Source: Gemmatimonadales bacterium (lineage in GTDB: Bacteria > Gemmatimonadota > Gemmatimonadetes > Gemmatimonadales > GWC2-71-9). Taken from it: a DNA stretch of 47,783 bases. This document shows positions 1 to 8,193 of the stretch, in pieces; the first letter of the stretch is position 1, and each line of letters opens with the position of its first letter. The DNA lies in contig JBBQFH010000027.1 in assembly GCA_038321865.1 (NCBI GenBank), positions 1 to 47,783 of the forward strand, in the 5' to 3' direction. The notes below the pieces were generated by a model that did no database searches, had not been told where the DNA came from, and saw nothing but the letters and a program-made list of their open reading frames with translations. The position numbers were made by a program, and so were the translations under genes.

Positions 1-887
1 TTTGTCCGGGGGCTGTGAGTATTGTTTCTGGATTCGTGTATTAATTTTTCTGATTTAGAAGTTTTGAGTTGGTTAGTGGGGCCTATCAGCGTGGCCGCGC
101 CGCCGGTGATGCGCAGGAGTCCGCGCCCGGCCCACTCCGGAATGCCGATCAGGCGCACGCTGCGGCCCATGGTCGCCGCCACCGCTCGCACCATGCCGGC
201 GGCGGTGAGCGTTTCCGGATGATTGACGTAGTACGTATGGCCCAGTGCCGCGTCGCTCTCGCCGGCGGCGACGAGCGCATCCGCCAGATCCGGTGCATAC
301 ACCGCCGACAGCTCCATCGAGCCGTCACCGAACACCGGCGCGGTCCCCGACCGCACCAGCCGGAAGACCTTGATCAGATTGTCCCGGTCACGTGGTCCGT
401 ACACCGTCGGCGGGCGCAGGATGACCCATGGTAGCGAGCCGGCGCGGACAGCGTCCTCGGCAGCCAGCTTGCTCCGGCCGTACATCGTCACCGGGCTCGG
501 CGGGTCGCCGGCCCGCGCGGGGACACCCCGCCTGGACGGCCCGCCGGCCGCTCCGGAGCTGACCAGCACCAGCCGCGGGTGCCCGCCCGCGGCGGCGGCG
601 GCGACCAGGTTGGCGGTGCCGTCGCGGTTGGCGCGCATGTAGGCGGCCTCCGAACGAGCGGCCACCGCACCCGCGACATGATAGATGAGATCCTGGCCAC
701 GGCTCGCGTCCGCGAGCGCATCGGATGCGTCGAGGTCGCCGCTGACGAGCCGGACGCCCTGCGCCGCGAGTCCGGCGGCTTTTCCGGGGGAGCGCACCAG
801 CGCGGTGACATCGTCGCCCCGGCGGAGCAGGGCGTCGACCAGGTGGCTTCCGACGAAGCCGGTGGCGCCGGTGACCAGCGCCTTCAC
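1..887 (-). CDS. NAD-dependent epimerase/dehydratase (extended SDR), candidate ceramide reductase CerR-like; 3' partial
   Basis: Hand translation from GTG at 887 (GTGA overlap with the upstream stop): VKALVTGATGFVGSHLVDALLRRGDDVTALVR...GDL...IYHVAG. It is absent from the ORF track, consistent with the frame running off the left edge. I found no stop in the stretches I translated, including 3-92. Confidence 0.85.
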   Translation of the reverse strand, partial: MKALVTGATGFVGSHLVDALLRRGDDVTALVRSPGKAAGLAAQGVRLVSGDLDASDALADASRGQDLIYHVAGAVAARSEAAYMRANRDGTANLVAAAAAGGHPRLVLVSSGAAGGPSRRGVPARAGDPPSPVTMYGRSKLAAEDAVRAGSLPWVILRPPTVYGPRDRDNLIKVFRLVRSGTAPVFGDGSMELSAVYAPDLADALVAAGESDAALGHTYYVNHPETLTAAGMVRAVAATMGRSVRLIGIPEWAGRGLLRITGGAATLIGPTNQLKTSKSEKLIHESRNNTHSPRT

Positions 888-2023
888 AACGCGCGATCGT
901 ACAGGCGGTAGGTCTTGTAGCGCTCGAAGCGCATTTTGACCAGCCCGGCATTCATCGCGGGATTGTCCTCTAGAATCCACCCCGCTTCACCCCAGTACAT
1001 TTTGTGGTCGCGCGACTTGGTCCAGATCCAGTGATACAGGACCGCATCGAGTCCGCGGCCACGGTACTCGGGCAGGATGCCAAGCAGCGGAATCCGGGCC
1101 CGCCGGATTCGCTCGGTCTTGAGGGCCCACAGCAGCTTGAAGACCACCGGCAGGAGGTAGCCGGAGCGGTTGCCCTGAAACACCGAATTGAGATCCGGCA
1201 GCGCGAGTCCGAAGCCGACGACCTTGCCGTCCTTCTCGGCGAACGGCACGAGATCCGCCACGACCACCGGCTTGAACTGTTCGGCCAGGTGCTCGATCTC
1301 GTGCTCCGTCATGGGCACGAAGCCCCAGTTCTTTTCCCATGCGGCGTTGTAGATCGTCTTGATCCGCTCGACCTCGCCGTGGAAATCCTTGAGGTTGAGC
1401 GGACGGATCGTGACGCCCATCCGCTCCTGCATGATGCGGACGGCGCGCTCCAGCCGTTCGGGCACCGGGTCGTATTCGCGGAAGTTCCGGTCGCCGCCCT
1501 GGTACGCAAGCAGGTCCTTCGCCTTGACGAACCCCGCCTGCTCGACCAGGGCGACGTAGTAGCGGGGGTTGTGCGGCATCATCAGGGCGGGGGGCGTCTC
1601 GAAGCCGTCGACCAGCAGGCCGCACTCATCGTTCACGGAGAAGGACGCGGGGCCGCGCATCGTGTCAAACCCGCGGGTGCCGAGCCAGGCGGCCGCGGCG
1701 GCGAAGAGCGCGTCGGCGACGGGCTGCTCGTCCACGCTCTCGAAAAATCCGAAGAAGCCCACCCGGTCGTCGTGGGTCTCGTTGTGCAGGCGGTTGCTGA
1801 TGGCCGCGATGCGGCCCACGACCGCGCCATCGCGTTCGGCCAGGAAGTACTCGGCTTCGCCGTGCTCGAAGAACGGATTTTTGGTGCGGGAGAGCAGGGT
1901 GGCCACGTCCCGACGCAACGGCGGGACCCACATGGGGTCCCGCAGGTGCAGCCGGTACGGCAGATCGATGAAGCGCTTGACGTCCCTGCCGGTCCTGGCC
2001 TCGCGGACGGTGACTGCCGTCAG
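884..2023 (-). CDS. GNAT-fold N-acyltransferase, bacterial ceramide synthase (bCerS)-like
   Basis: Motifs RGP, GF..PP..MMPHNP.YY, N.AW.KNWGFVP, GEAGWILEDN..M, YKTYRLY. It sits directly downstream of the Spt-like gene. Start placed at CTG 2023 (CTGA overlap); the ORF track extends to 2191. Confidence 0.75.
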   Translation of the reverse strand: MTAVTVREARTGRDVKRFIDLPYRLHLRDPMWVPPLRRDVATLLSRTKNPFFEHGEAEYFLAERDGAVVGRIAAISNRLHNETHDDRVGFFGFFESVDEQPVADALFAAAAAWLGTRGFDTMRGPASFSVNDECGLLVDGFETPPALMMPHNPRYYVALVEQAGFVKAKDLLAYQGGDRNFREYDPVPERLERAVRIMQERMGVTIRPLNLKDFHGEVERIKTIYNAAWEKNWGFVPMTEHEIEHLAEQFKPVVVADLVPFAEKDGKVVGFGLALPDLNSVFQGNRSGYLLPVVFKLLWALKTERIRRARIPLLGILPEYRGRGLDAVLYHWIWTKSRDHKMYWGEAGWILEDNPAMNAGLVKMRFERYKTYRLYDRAL

Positions 2024-3225
2024 ATGACCCCCAGCTCGCGTCCGATCCGGGCGAAGGTCTCGAGGCAGAAATCGATCTGCTCGAAGGTGTGTGTCGCCAT
2101 CACGCTGGTGCGGAGCCGGCACTGGGAGGGCGGCACCGCCGGCGGCATGACCGGGTTGGTGAAGACACCGTCGTCGAACAGGCGCCGCCACATGACGAAG
2201 GTGTTTTCCATCGTTCCGATCAGCACCGGAACGATCGGCGTCTCCGTCGGGCCGATCTCGAAGCCGTAGCTGCGGAAGCCCTCATGCAGCCGGCGGGTGT
2301 TGGCCCACAGCTGTTCCCGGCGCTCCGGCTCGCTCTGCAGGACCTCAAGCGCGGCCAGCACGCCCGCGGTATTGGCGGGCGGGAGCGACGCCGTGAAGAT
2401 GAGCGGTCGGCTGTGATGGCGGATGTAATTGATGACGTTCTCGCTCCCGCTCACGAAGCCGCCGATCGAGGCCAGCGACTTGGAGAAGGTGCCCGCGATG
2501 ATGTCCACGTCGTCGATCATGCCGTAATGCGCCGCCGTGCCGTCCCCGTTGGGCCCCAGCACGCCGAGGGAGTGCGCGTCGTCGACCGCCAGGGCGGCGC
2601 CAAATTTCCGGGCGACCCGGGTCAGGCCCGGGATATCGGCGATGTCGCCTTCCATCGAGTAGATGCCGTCCACGACGATCATCGAGCCCTTGACGGTCCC
2701 GGCCCGCTCCAGCTTGCGCTCGAGCCCGGCCAGGTCGCCGTGATTGAAGCGCTCGGTCTCGCCGAAGGACATCTTCGCGCCATCCACGATCGAGGCGTGG
2801 TCCAGCTTGTCGAGGAAGACCGTCTCGCCGCGGCCGACCAGTCCGGAGATCAGGCCCAGGTTGGCCGAATACCCGGTGGAGAACACCAGACAATCCTCCT
2901 TGCCCAGAAACTCCGCCAGGGAGCTCTCCAGCTGGACGTGGAGATCCAGGGTGCCGTTCAGGAAGCGGCTTCCGGTGCAGCCGGACCCGTAGCGCGCGAG
3001 TGCGCGGGTGGCGGCTTCGAGCACCTTGGGGTGGTGAGTCAGGCCGAGGTAGTTGTTCGACCCCAGCATGATGCGCTTCTTGCCCTCGATCGTGACGACC
3101 GTGTCCTCGGACTCGGAGATCGGCTTGAAGTAGGGATACAGCCCCGCGGCCTTCACTTCTCGCGCCTTGGTGAACAGCCTGCATTTGTCGAAGAGCGCGA
3201 TGTGCTGCAGCGTTTGTGTATCCAC
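2020..3225 (-). CDS. spt: PLP-dependent alpha-oxoamine synthase, probable serine palmitoyltransferase
   Basis: GLYPYF N-terminus, SNNYLGL, GSRFLNG, DHASI, DDAH, GTFSKS (PLP lysine). GAGG SD before GTG 3225. GNAT and reductase neighbours favour Spt over BioF/Kbl. Confidence 0.75.
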   Translation of the reverse strand: MDTQTLQHIALFDKCRLFTKAREVKAAGLYPYFKPISESEDTVVTIEGKKRIMLGSNNYLGLTHHPKVLEAATRALARYGSGCTGSRFLNGTLDLHVQLESSLAEFLGKEDCLVFSTGYSANLGLISGLVGRGETVFLDKLDHASIVDGAKMSFGETERFNHGDLAGLERKLERAGTVKGSMIVVDGIYSMEGDIADIPGLTRVARKFGAALAVDDAHSLGVLGPNGDGTAAHYGMIDDVDIIAGTFSKSLASIGGFVSGSENVINYIRHHSRPLIFTASLPPANTAGVLAALEVLQSEPERREQLWANTRRLHEGFRSYGFEIGPTETPIVPVLIGTMENTFVMWRRLFDDGVFTNPVMPPAVPPSQCRLRTSVMATHTFEQIDFCLETFARIGRELGVI

Positions 3226-3287
3226 GAGGCCTCGGTCCAGAAGAGTGTGAGGGAAGAACCCCACATCACTATGTCACGGAATGGCTT

Positions 3288-3316
3288 AAATTAACGTCCG
3301 AGGCCGACCGGCACAA
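3288..3316 (-). promoter_or_regulatory. putative sigma-70 promoter of the spt operon
   Basis: TTGTGC-17 nt-TAATTT on the minus strand. Confidence 0.45.
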
Positions 3317-3449
3317 GCTAAATCCGGGGGAACCGCCGGCGTCGCGGCGCTGTTTGCTGACTTGTGGCCCGTAGTGCAGGTGAATGGTTTCCCGACGTCT
3401 CCCGGAATGCTACATTAGTTGCACACCCCCTGCATTGGCGGCACCCATC

Positions 3450-5741
3450 GTGGCTGAGTGCCCGCGGTCGTTTCGCGCTCTCGTGGTCGCCCTGTCCCTG
3501 ATCGCCCCGGCCAGCATCGCACCGGCCAGCGCGGCGGCGCAGTTTCCGCGCGCGCGCGTCGGGCAGTTCGAGGTGCGGGGCATGGATTTCAGCGCCGGCG
3601 GCGCCTGGCGGAAGCGGGTCAACGCCATCCGCGCCATCCGTCACCAGTTCCTCCGGGCCGGCTCGATCCGCTCGCTCAATCTGGCCTCGGCCTCGGCCTT
3701 CGGCGGCACCAAGGTCACCGGTCATTTCTACGTACCGGTCGTCCCCATCATGTTCTCGAATCAGACGGCCCCGCCGTTCTCGGCGGCACAGCTGCAGACG
3801 CAGCTGTTCGCCGCCGCGCCGGCCGGAACACCCTACAGTCTCAAGACCTTTTACGAGCAGCTGTCCAACCGCAATATCACCATGGACGGCCAGGTGTTCC
3901 CCTGGGTGACCGTGGACTCGAGCGACGCCTATTACGAGGACGGCTGCAACGGCATCGCCGTACGCAGCAGCTGTGCCCACGGCGGCTCGACCGGCGTCGA
4001 CCGCTTCGGGCGCATGCTCATGCAGGCGCTCGCCATCGCCTCCACAGGGGCCAACGGCACGACGGCCTGGGCCCAGTTCGACAATGACGGGCCGGATGGC
4101 CTTCCCAACTCCGGTGACGACGACGGTGTCGTGGATTTCGTCACGTTCGTGCAGTCCGATGAGGACGGGGCCTGCGGCACCCAGCATATCTGGGCGCACC
4201 GGTTCGTCGTGGCACCCTTCAATAGCGGCTCGCCCTACGTAACGCGCACGCCGTGGGCGGGTCATCCGGGACAGTTCCTGAAGGTCAACGACTACACGAT
4301 GCAGAGCGCCGTTGGCGGCCCCGGCGCCTGCGATGCGTCCCAGATCATGCCGATCGGGACCGTGGCGCACGAGATCGGTCACGCATTCGGCCTGCCCGAT
4401 CTGTACGACACCCGCTCGTCCAACTGGTCGGAGGGCATCGGCGAGTGGGGGCTCATGGGGAGCGGAAACTACGCGACCCCATCCAGTCCCTCCCGCATGG
4501 AGGCCTGGTCGATGCTGGAGCTTGGCTGGGTGAGCGTGGATTCACTCAGCTCGAGCCGCACGGTCCTGCTCGATCCGGTCACCCTCTCGCACAAGGTGCT
4601 GTTCGTCGGCATTCCGAATACCGATGAGTACTTCCTGCTCGAAAACCGCCAGGATCTGGAGAGCGACTCGGCCCAGATGAACCCCGCGCTCGGCGCCCGC
4701 GCCAAGTCTCCCGGGCTGCTGGTCTGGCACATCGATCAGGGTCAGGTCGACGCGCATGGATTTCAGGGCGACAACGCGGTGAACGCGGGCCCGGTTCACG
4801 GTGTGGAGCTGATCCAGGCCGACGGCCGCCAGGATCTCGATCTGGTCAACTCGAATCCCTCGAGCAACCGCGGAGACGCCGGCGATTCCTATCCCGGAGC
4901 CACCCTTAATCGGGTGCTGAGTCTTCACTCGAAGCCGGCCTCGCTGGACAACCAGTCGGCCTATACCGGCTTCGTCATCGATTCGATCTACCAGGTGCTT
5001 CCGCACGGGCAGGTGGCGTTCCGCTTCATCCGCATGCCTCCATCGCGCTTCGCGGGCACCCCGTCCGGAGCCCAGATCATCGTCAACGGCATCCCGACCA
5101 CCGCCTTCGAGGACGTGCTCGCTCCCGGGGACACCGTCCGTCTGTCGGCCGACTCGCTGCAGGCGACGGGCGGCGCCCGGTTCGAGTTCCGGACGTGGTC
5201 CGATCATGGTGCGCTGACCCACACCTTCACCGCGGGCGCCGCAGCGGAGACGGTCCTGGCGACGTTCGCCTCGCAGTACCGGGTGCTCGTACAGGTGGCG
5301 AACGCCTTGCCGGGTGCCGTCACGATGACCGCCCCTCCACCCGGCGCGGACCTCGCGGCCGGGGTGTTCGTCGATGGCGGCACGCCCGTCACCCTTACCG
5401 CCGTCCCGCCGACCGGAACGGTCTTCGGCGAGTGGAGCGGCGACACCGCGTCGAGGTCGCCTACGCTGACACTGCCGATGAACCACCCGTACCTCGTGAC
5501 CGCGACGTTCGTCGCCCAGGTGGAGGTGACGGTCGATGCGGCCGCGAACACCCTGCTGGGCACCGCCACGCTGACGACGGCGCAGTCGAGCTATCTGGAC
5601 TCGCGGGGCAACCGGAACGGCGTCTACGACCTCGGCGACTTTCTCGCCTTTGCCCGGTTCAGCGGCATCACTCCGACCGCCGGCGTGGTCCAGCGCGTGC
5701 TCGCGAAGGCGGCTCAACCCCACCCGGCTCCGAAACGGTAG
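3450..5741 (+). CDS. secreted M6-family (immune inhibitor A-like) zinc metalloprotease with C-terminal beta-repeat and dockerin/EF-hand-like tail
   Basis: Signal peptide, HEIGHAFGLPDLYD, WGLMGSG, EYFLLENRQ, GLLVWHID; C-terminal LDSRGNRNGVYDLGDF. Start uncertain (3384-3450). Confidence 0.85.
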   Translation: MAECPRSFRALVVALSLIAPASIAPASAAAQFPRARVGQFEVRGMDFSAGGAWRKRVNAIRAIRHQFLRAGSIRSLNLASASAFGGTKVTGHFYVPVVPIMFSNQTAPPFSAAQLQTQLFAAAPAGTPYSLKTFYEQLSNRNITMDGQVFPWVTVDSSDAYYEDGCNGIAVRSSCAHGGSTGVDRFGRMLMQALAIASTGANGTTAWAQFDNDGPDGLPNSGDDDGVVDFVTFVQSDEDGACGTQHIWAHRFVVAPFNSGSPYVTRTPWAGHPGQFLKVNDYTMQSAVGGPGACDASQIMPIGTVAHEIGHAFGLPDLYDTRSSNWSEGIGEWGLMGSGNYATPSSPSRMEAWSMLELGWVSVDSLSSSRTVLLDPVTLSHKVLFVGIPNTDEYFLLENRQDLESDSAQMNPALGARAKSPGLLVWHIDQGQVDAHGFQGDNAVNAGPVHGVELIQADGRQDLDLVNSNPSSNRGDAGDSYPGATLNRVLSLHSKPASLDNQSAYTGFVIDSIYQVLPHGQVAFRFIRMPPSRFAGTPSGAQIIVNGIPTTAFEDVLAPGDTVRLSADSLQATGGARFEFRTWSDHGALTHTFTAGAAAETVLATFASQYRVLVQVANALPGAVTMTAPPPGADLAAGVFVDGGTPVTLTAVPPTGTVFGEWSGDTASRSPTLTLPMNHPYLVTATFVAQVEVTVDAAANTLLGTATLTTAQSSYLDSRGNRNGVYDLGDFLAFARFSGITPTAGVVQRVLAKAAQPHPAPKR

Positions 5742-5747
5742 GCAGGC

Positions 5748-6158
5748 ATGCGCGCTCGAACACTGGTCGCTCTGATGGCCCTCGCCGGCGCCATGTCGTG
5801 TGGCGGGGGGGACAGTACAGCCCCGACTCCGCTGCCGACCGGACCTGTCGCCGGCATCTTCAGGATCCAGCTGACCACTCCGCACAGCGATGACGGGGCG
5901 CTGCTGTTCACCGTCTCCGGTGGCCCGATCACGAGTGCGGATCCCGCGAGCGGCTACCAGGTGTTCGTCGCGCCAGCGGATGCCAACACGATGCGCTTCC
6001 TGGTCACGGGCAACGTCGCTGGCGGCGAGGTGGTACGGCTGCACGTGCCGGACGTGAGCAAGCTGGCCGCGTACCGTGCCTCGCTCTCGCAGGCGGCGTC
6101 CCGCGACACCTTCGCCCCGCAGTCGCTGTCGTCGTACTCGATGACGGTCACCCAGTAG
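5748..6158 (+). CDS. hypothetical lipoprotein, beta-rich
   Basis: Signal peptide with lipobox AMSC; 6 nt downstream of the protease stop. Confidence 0.75.
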   Translation: MRARTLVALMALAGAMSCGGGDSTAPTPLPTGPVAGIFRIQLTTPHSDDGALLFTVSGGPITSADPASGYQVFVAPADANTMRFLVTGNVAGGEVVRLHVPDVSKLAAYRASLSQAASRDTFAPQSLSSYSMTVTQ

Positions 6159-6167
6159 CGAACCCTG

Positions 6168-6186
6168 CTGTCGCTGCGGGCGACAG
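6168..6186. repeat. palindrome CTGTCGC-N5-GCGACAG
   Basis: Perfect 7-bp arms, the same arms as at 7376-7395. Confidence 0.6.
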
Positions 6187-6372
6187 TTGTTCCGATACCT
6201 GAGCTGACATCGGCTAAGTACAAGCAGCTCAATGCGCCACGTATGCAACGTGAAGGTGTTTCCGCCTCTGATCCGGACCATCGAATGGCGCATGCAACAG
6301 GCCGTTCGACGCTGTCGGACGCAGCGGCGTTTCGCCGAGACCGCCACCTCGTTAGCTTCCGCGCGCACAGAG

Positions 6373-6445
6373 GGGGCGGTAGCTCAGTTGGGAGAGCACC
6401 TGCTTTGCAAGCAGGGGGTCAGGGGTTCGATCCCCCTCCGCTCCA
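6373..6445 (+). tRNA. tRNA-Ala (TGC)
   Basis: Acceptor GGGGCGG/CCGCTCC-A with G3:U70, D-arm GCTCAGTTGGGAGAGC, anticodon arm CCTGC-TTTGCAA-GCAGG, TTCGA T-loop. CCA not encoded. Confidence 0.97.
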
Positions 6446-6456
6446 TCACGCGTCGA

Positions 6457-6576
6457 CCAGCATCCTTCGCCCTTACGCTTCAGGCGTGTCCCGGCATACC
6501 GAATCGCCCGGCACACCAGCGGGTACACTGATCCCCGGAGTCGTCGTGTCCCGCGCCGCCACGCCAGCATCCTTCG
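6457..6576 (+). repeat. 13-bp direct repeat CCAGCATCCTTCG (6457-6469, 6564-6576)
   Basis: Exact duplicate between the tRNA and the first paralog. Confidence 0.55.
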
Positions 6577-6592
6577 TCGTCCCGTCAGTCCA

Positions 6593-6832
6593 ATGACGCC
6601 TCCACGCGAAGCCAGGCTGAAACCGGAGTTCGCAGGGTTGTATCCGGACCTCGCGGCCGGAGTCTGGCTCCTCGCGACGCATGTCGTGGACAACCTGGCG
6701 TCGCTGGCGCGGAAGGATCCCGAAGCCGACCTGCTGCGGCGCGTGCTGGACGAGCGTCACTTTGAGTTTCGCGGCGGACTGCCGGCGGGTTCGCCGCACC
6801 TGGTCAGGGACCGTGCCACGCGGCGGCGCTGA
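6593..6832 (+). CDS. small hypothetical protein, HFEFRGG family paralog 1
   Basis: RE.RL...A.LYP....VW ... RVLDE.HFEFRGG shared with the next two ORFs. Confidence 0.85.
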   Translation: MTPPREARLKPEFAGLYPDLAAGVWLLATHVVDNLASLARKDPEADLLRRVLDERHFEFRGGLPAGSPHLVRDRATRRR

Positions 6833-6835
6833 AGA

Positions 6836-7087
6836 ATGACGCCGCGTCGCGAGGTCCGCCTCAAGGCCCTTTTCGCCGACGTGTACCCGGGACTCGAGGC
6901 GGAGGTCTGGTATCCGGCCGCCGTCGTGGCGGAATACTTTCTCACGCGGCCGGCGGCGGTGCCGTCGGCGAGCACCGAGCTCACGGACCGCGTCCTGGAT
7001 GAACAGCACTTCGAATTTCGCGGGGGCGAGCCTGGGCCGAATCGTCGGCCGCGCGCGCGTCCGGCCGACGAAGAACCCAAGGAGTAG
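6836..7087 (+). CDS. small hypothetical protein, HFEFRGG family paralog 2
   Basis: REVRLKALFADVYPGLEAEVW ... RVLDEQHFEFRGG. Confidence 0.85.
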   Translation: MTPRREVRLKALFADVYPGLEAEVWYPAAVVAEYFLTRPAAVPSASTELTDRVLDEQHFEFRGGEPGPNRRPRARPADEEPKE

Positions 7088-7117
7088 GCAAATGGTCGCG
7101 ATGGCCCGGAGCGCCCT

Positions 7118-7369
7118 GTGAGCGCCGCCGTGCGGGAGTGCAGGCTTCGGCGGGAACATTCCGCGCTCTATCCCGGGGTGGAGCCGGAGGTGTGGGAGAT
7201 CGCCGCGAATGTCGTCGAGCGGCTCCACACGCGCCGCGCCTGGTCCCTCGGAGCCGCGATTCCTCCGAGCGGACGGCTGCTGGCCGATACCCACTTCGAA
7301 TTTCGAGGGGGGCGGAGGCAGTCCCGGCAGGGATCCCACACCCGGGCCGGCGAGCTGGCCACAGGGTAG
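7118..7369 (+). CDS. small hypothetical protein, HFEFRGG family paralog 3
   Basis: RECRLRREHSALYPGVEPEVW ... RLLADTHFEFRGG; GGAG SD before GTG. Confidence 0.85.
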   Translation: MSAAVRECRLRREHSALYPGVEPEVWEIAANVVERLHTRRAWSLGAAIPPSGRLLADTHFEFRGGRRQSRQGSHTRAGELATG

Positions 7370-7375
7370 GCCGGT

Positions 7376-7395
7376 CTGTCGCAATCTTGCGACAG
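7376..7395. promoter_or_regulatory. perfect palindrome CTGTCGCAA-TC-TTGCGACAG (TGT-N12-ACA), putative enhancer-binding-protein site
   Basis: 9-bp arms, about 75 nt upstream of a GG-N10-GC element. Confidence 0.5.
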
Positions 7396-7467
7396 CCTGA
7401 GACGTTTGCCCGGCAGGGAATTCCGGGGTCCCGGGAACCGGCGACAGTGAACCCCTCCCTGCAATGG

Positions 7468-7483
7468 TGGCGCAAACCACGCT
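7468..7483 (+). promoter_or_regulatory. putative sigma-54 (-24/-12) promoter
   Basis: TGGCGCAAACCACGCT = TGGC..GG-N10-GC upstream of a PEP-CTERM gene; imperfect -12 (ACGC instead of TTGC). Confidence 0.4.
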
Positions 7484-7578
7484 CGTGCTGTGACATACGG
7501 CCACGATTCGAGCTCGTTGGCCGGCGGATGGCCTGTCCCTTGCCTTGGCAGAAGGCGTCACCCTTCTGCCAAGGACCT

Positions 7579-8100
7579 ATGATGCGATCCCGTTATGCCG
7601 CGGTCATTACCGCCGTGGCCGTACTGACCCTGGGCCGCGCGGCCAGCGCCGCGCCGATCGGCCAGTCCATCGGCTCGCTGGCGGACAATGCCCACTATTT
7701 CCAGTCGCTGGTCAATGCGATTCAGCGCCACGACGCCGGCGCATACGATGAGCGTCGTCCCGACGGCGGCAAGGCGAAGGATTCGTCGGGCGGCAATCTG
7801 GTGCCGGGCTTCGGATCGGGCGGCGCCGGATACGTCGTCGGCGGCGCGGTGGTGGTCGGTGTGGTCGCGTCCTTCATCTTCGACAACGGTGGCGGGTCGT
7901 CATCGATCGATGCGGACGATCCCATCATCGCGGAGCCCAACCAGCCGGGCACGCCGCACAACGAAGGCGACCCCAACGGCCAGGTGCTGCCCGACGTCCC
8001 GGACGGGGCGACCGTGACACCGGAGCCCGAAGCCTTCCTGCTTCTGGGCACCGGGCTGTCGAGCCTCGGCGCCATCTCGTATCGGCGACGCCGCCGCTAG
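7579..8100 (+). CDS. PEP-CTERM sorting domain protein
   Basis: Signal peptide ending ASA-A, low-complexity middle, C-terminal VTPEP + hydrophobic helix + RRRRR; AAGGA SD. Confidence 0.9.
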   Translation: MMRSRYAAVITAVAVLTLGRAASAAPIGQSIGSLADNAHYFQSLVNAIQRHDAGAYDERRPDGGKAKDSSGGNLVPGFGSGGAGYVVGGAVVVGVVASFIFDNGGGSSSIDADDPIIAEPNQPGTPHNEGDPNGQVLPDVPDGATVTPEPEAFLLLGTGLSSLGAISYRRRRR

Positions 8101-8126
8101 CCAGCCATCCGCTTCCCAGCTGCTCA

Positions 8127-8151
8127 CGCGCCCCCTCGGTCAGGGGGCGCG
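8127..8151 (+). terminator. hairpin after PEP-CTERM gene
   Basis: CGCGCCCCCT-5 nt-AGGGGGCGCG; weak U tract. Confidence 0.55.
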
Positions 8152-8193
8152 CTGCATTTGGGGGAACCGGTGACCCGGGCTAGACTCCCACAC

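Noticed and set aside
6373..8150. Genomic island integrated at tRNA-Ala
   Set aside because: No integrase, no duplicated tRNA 3' end seen, and GC/codon style matches the flanks.
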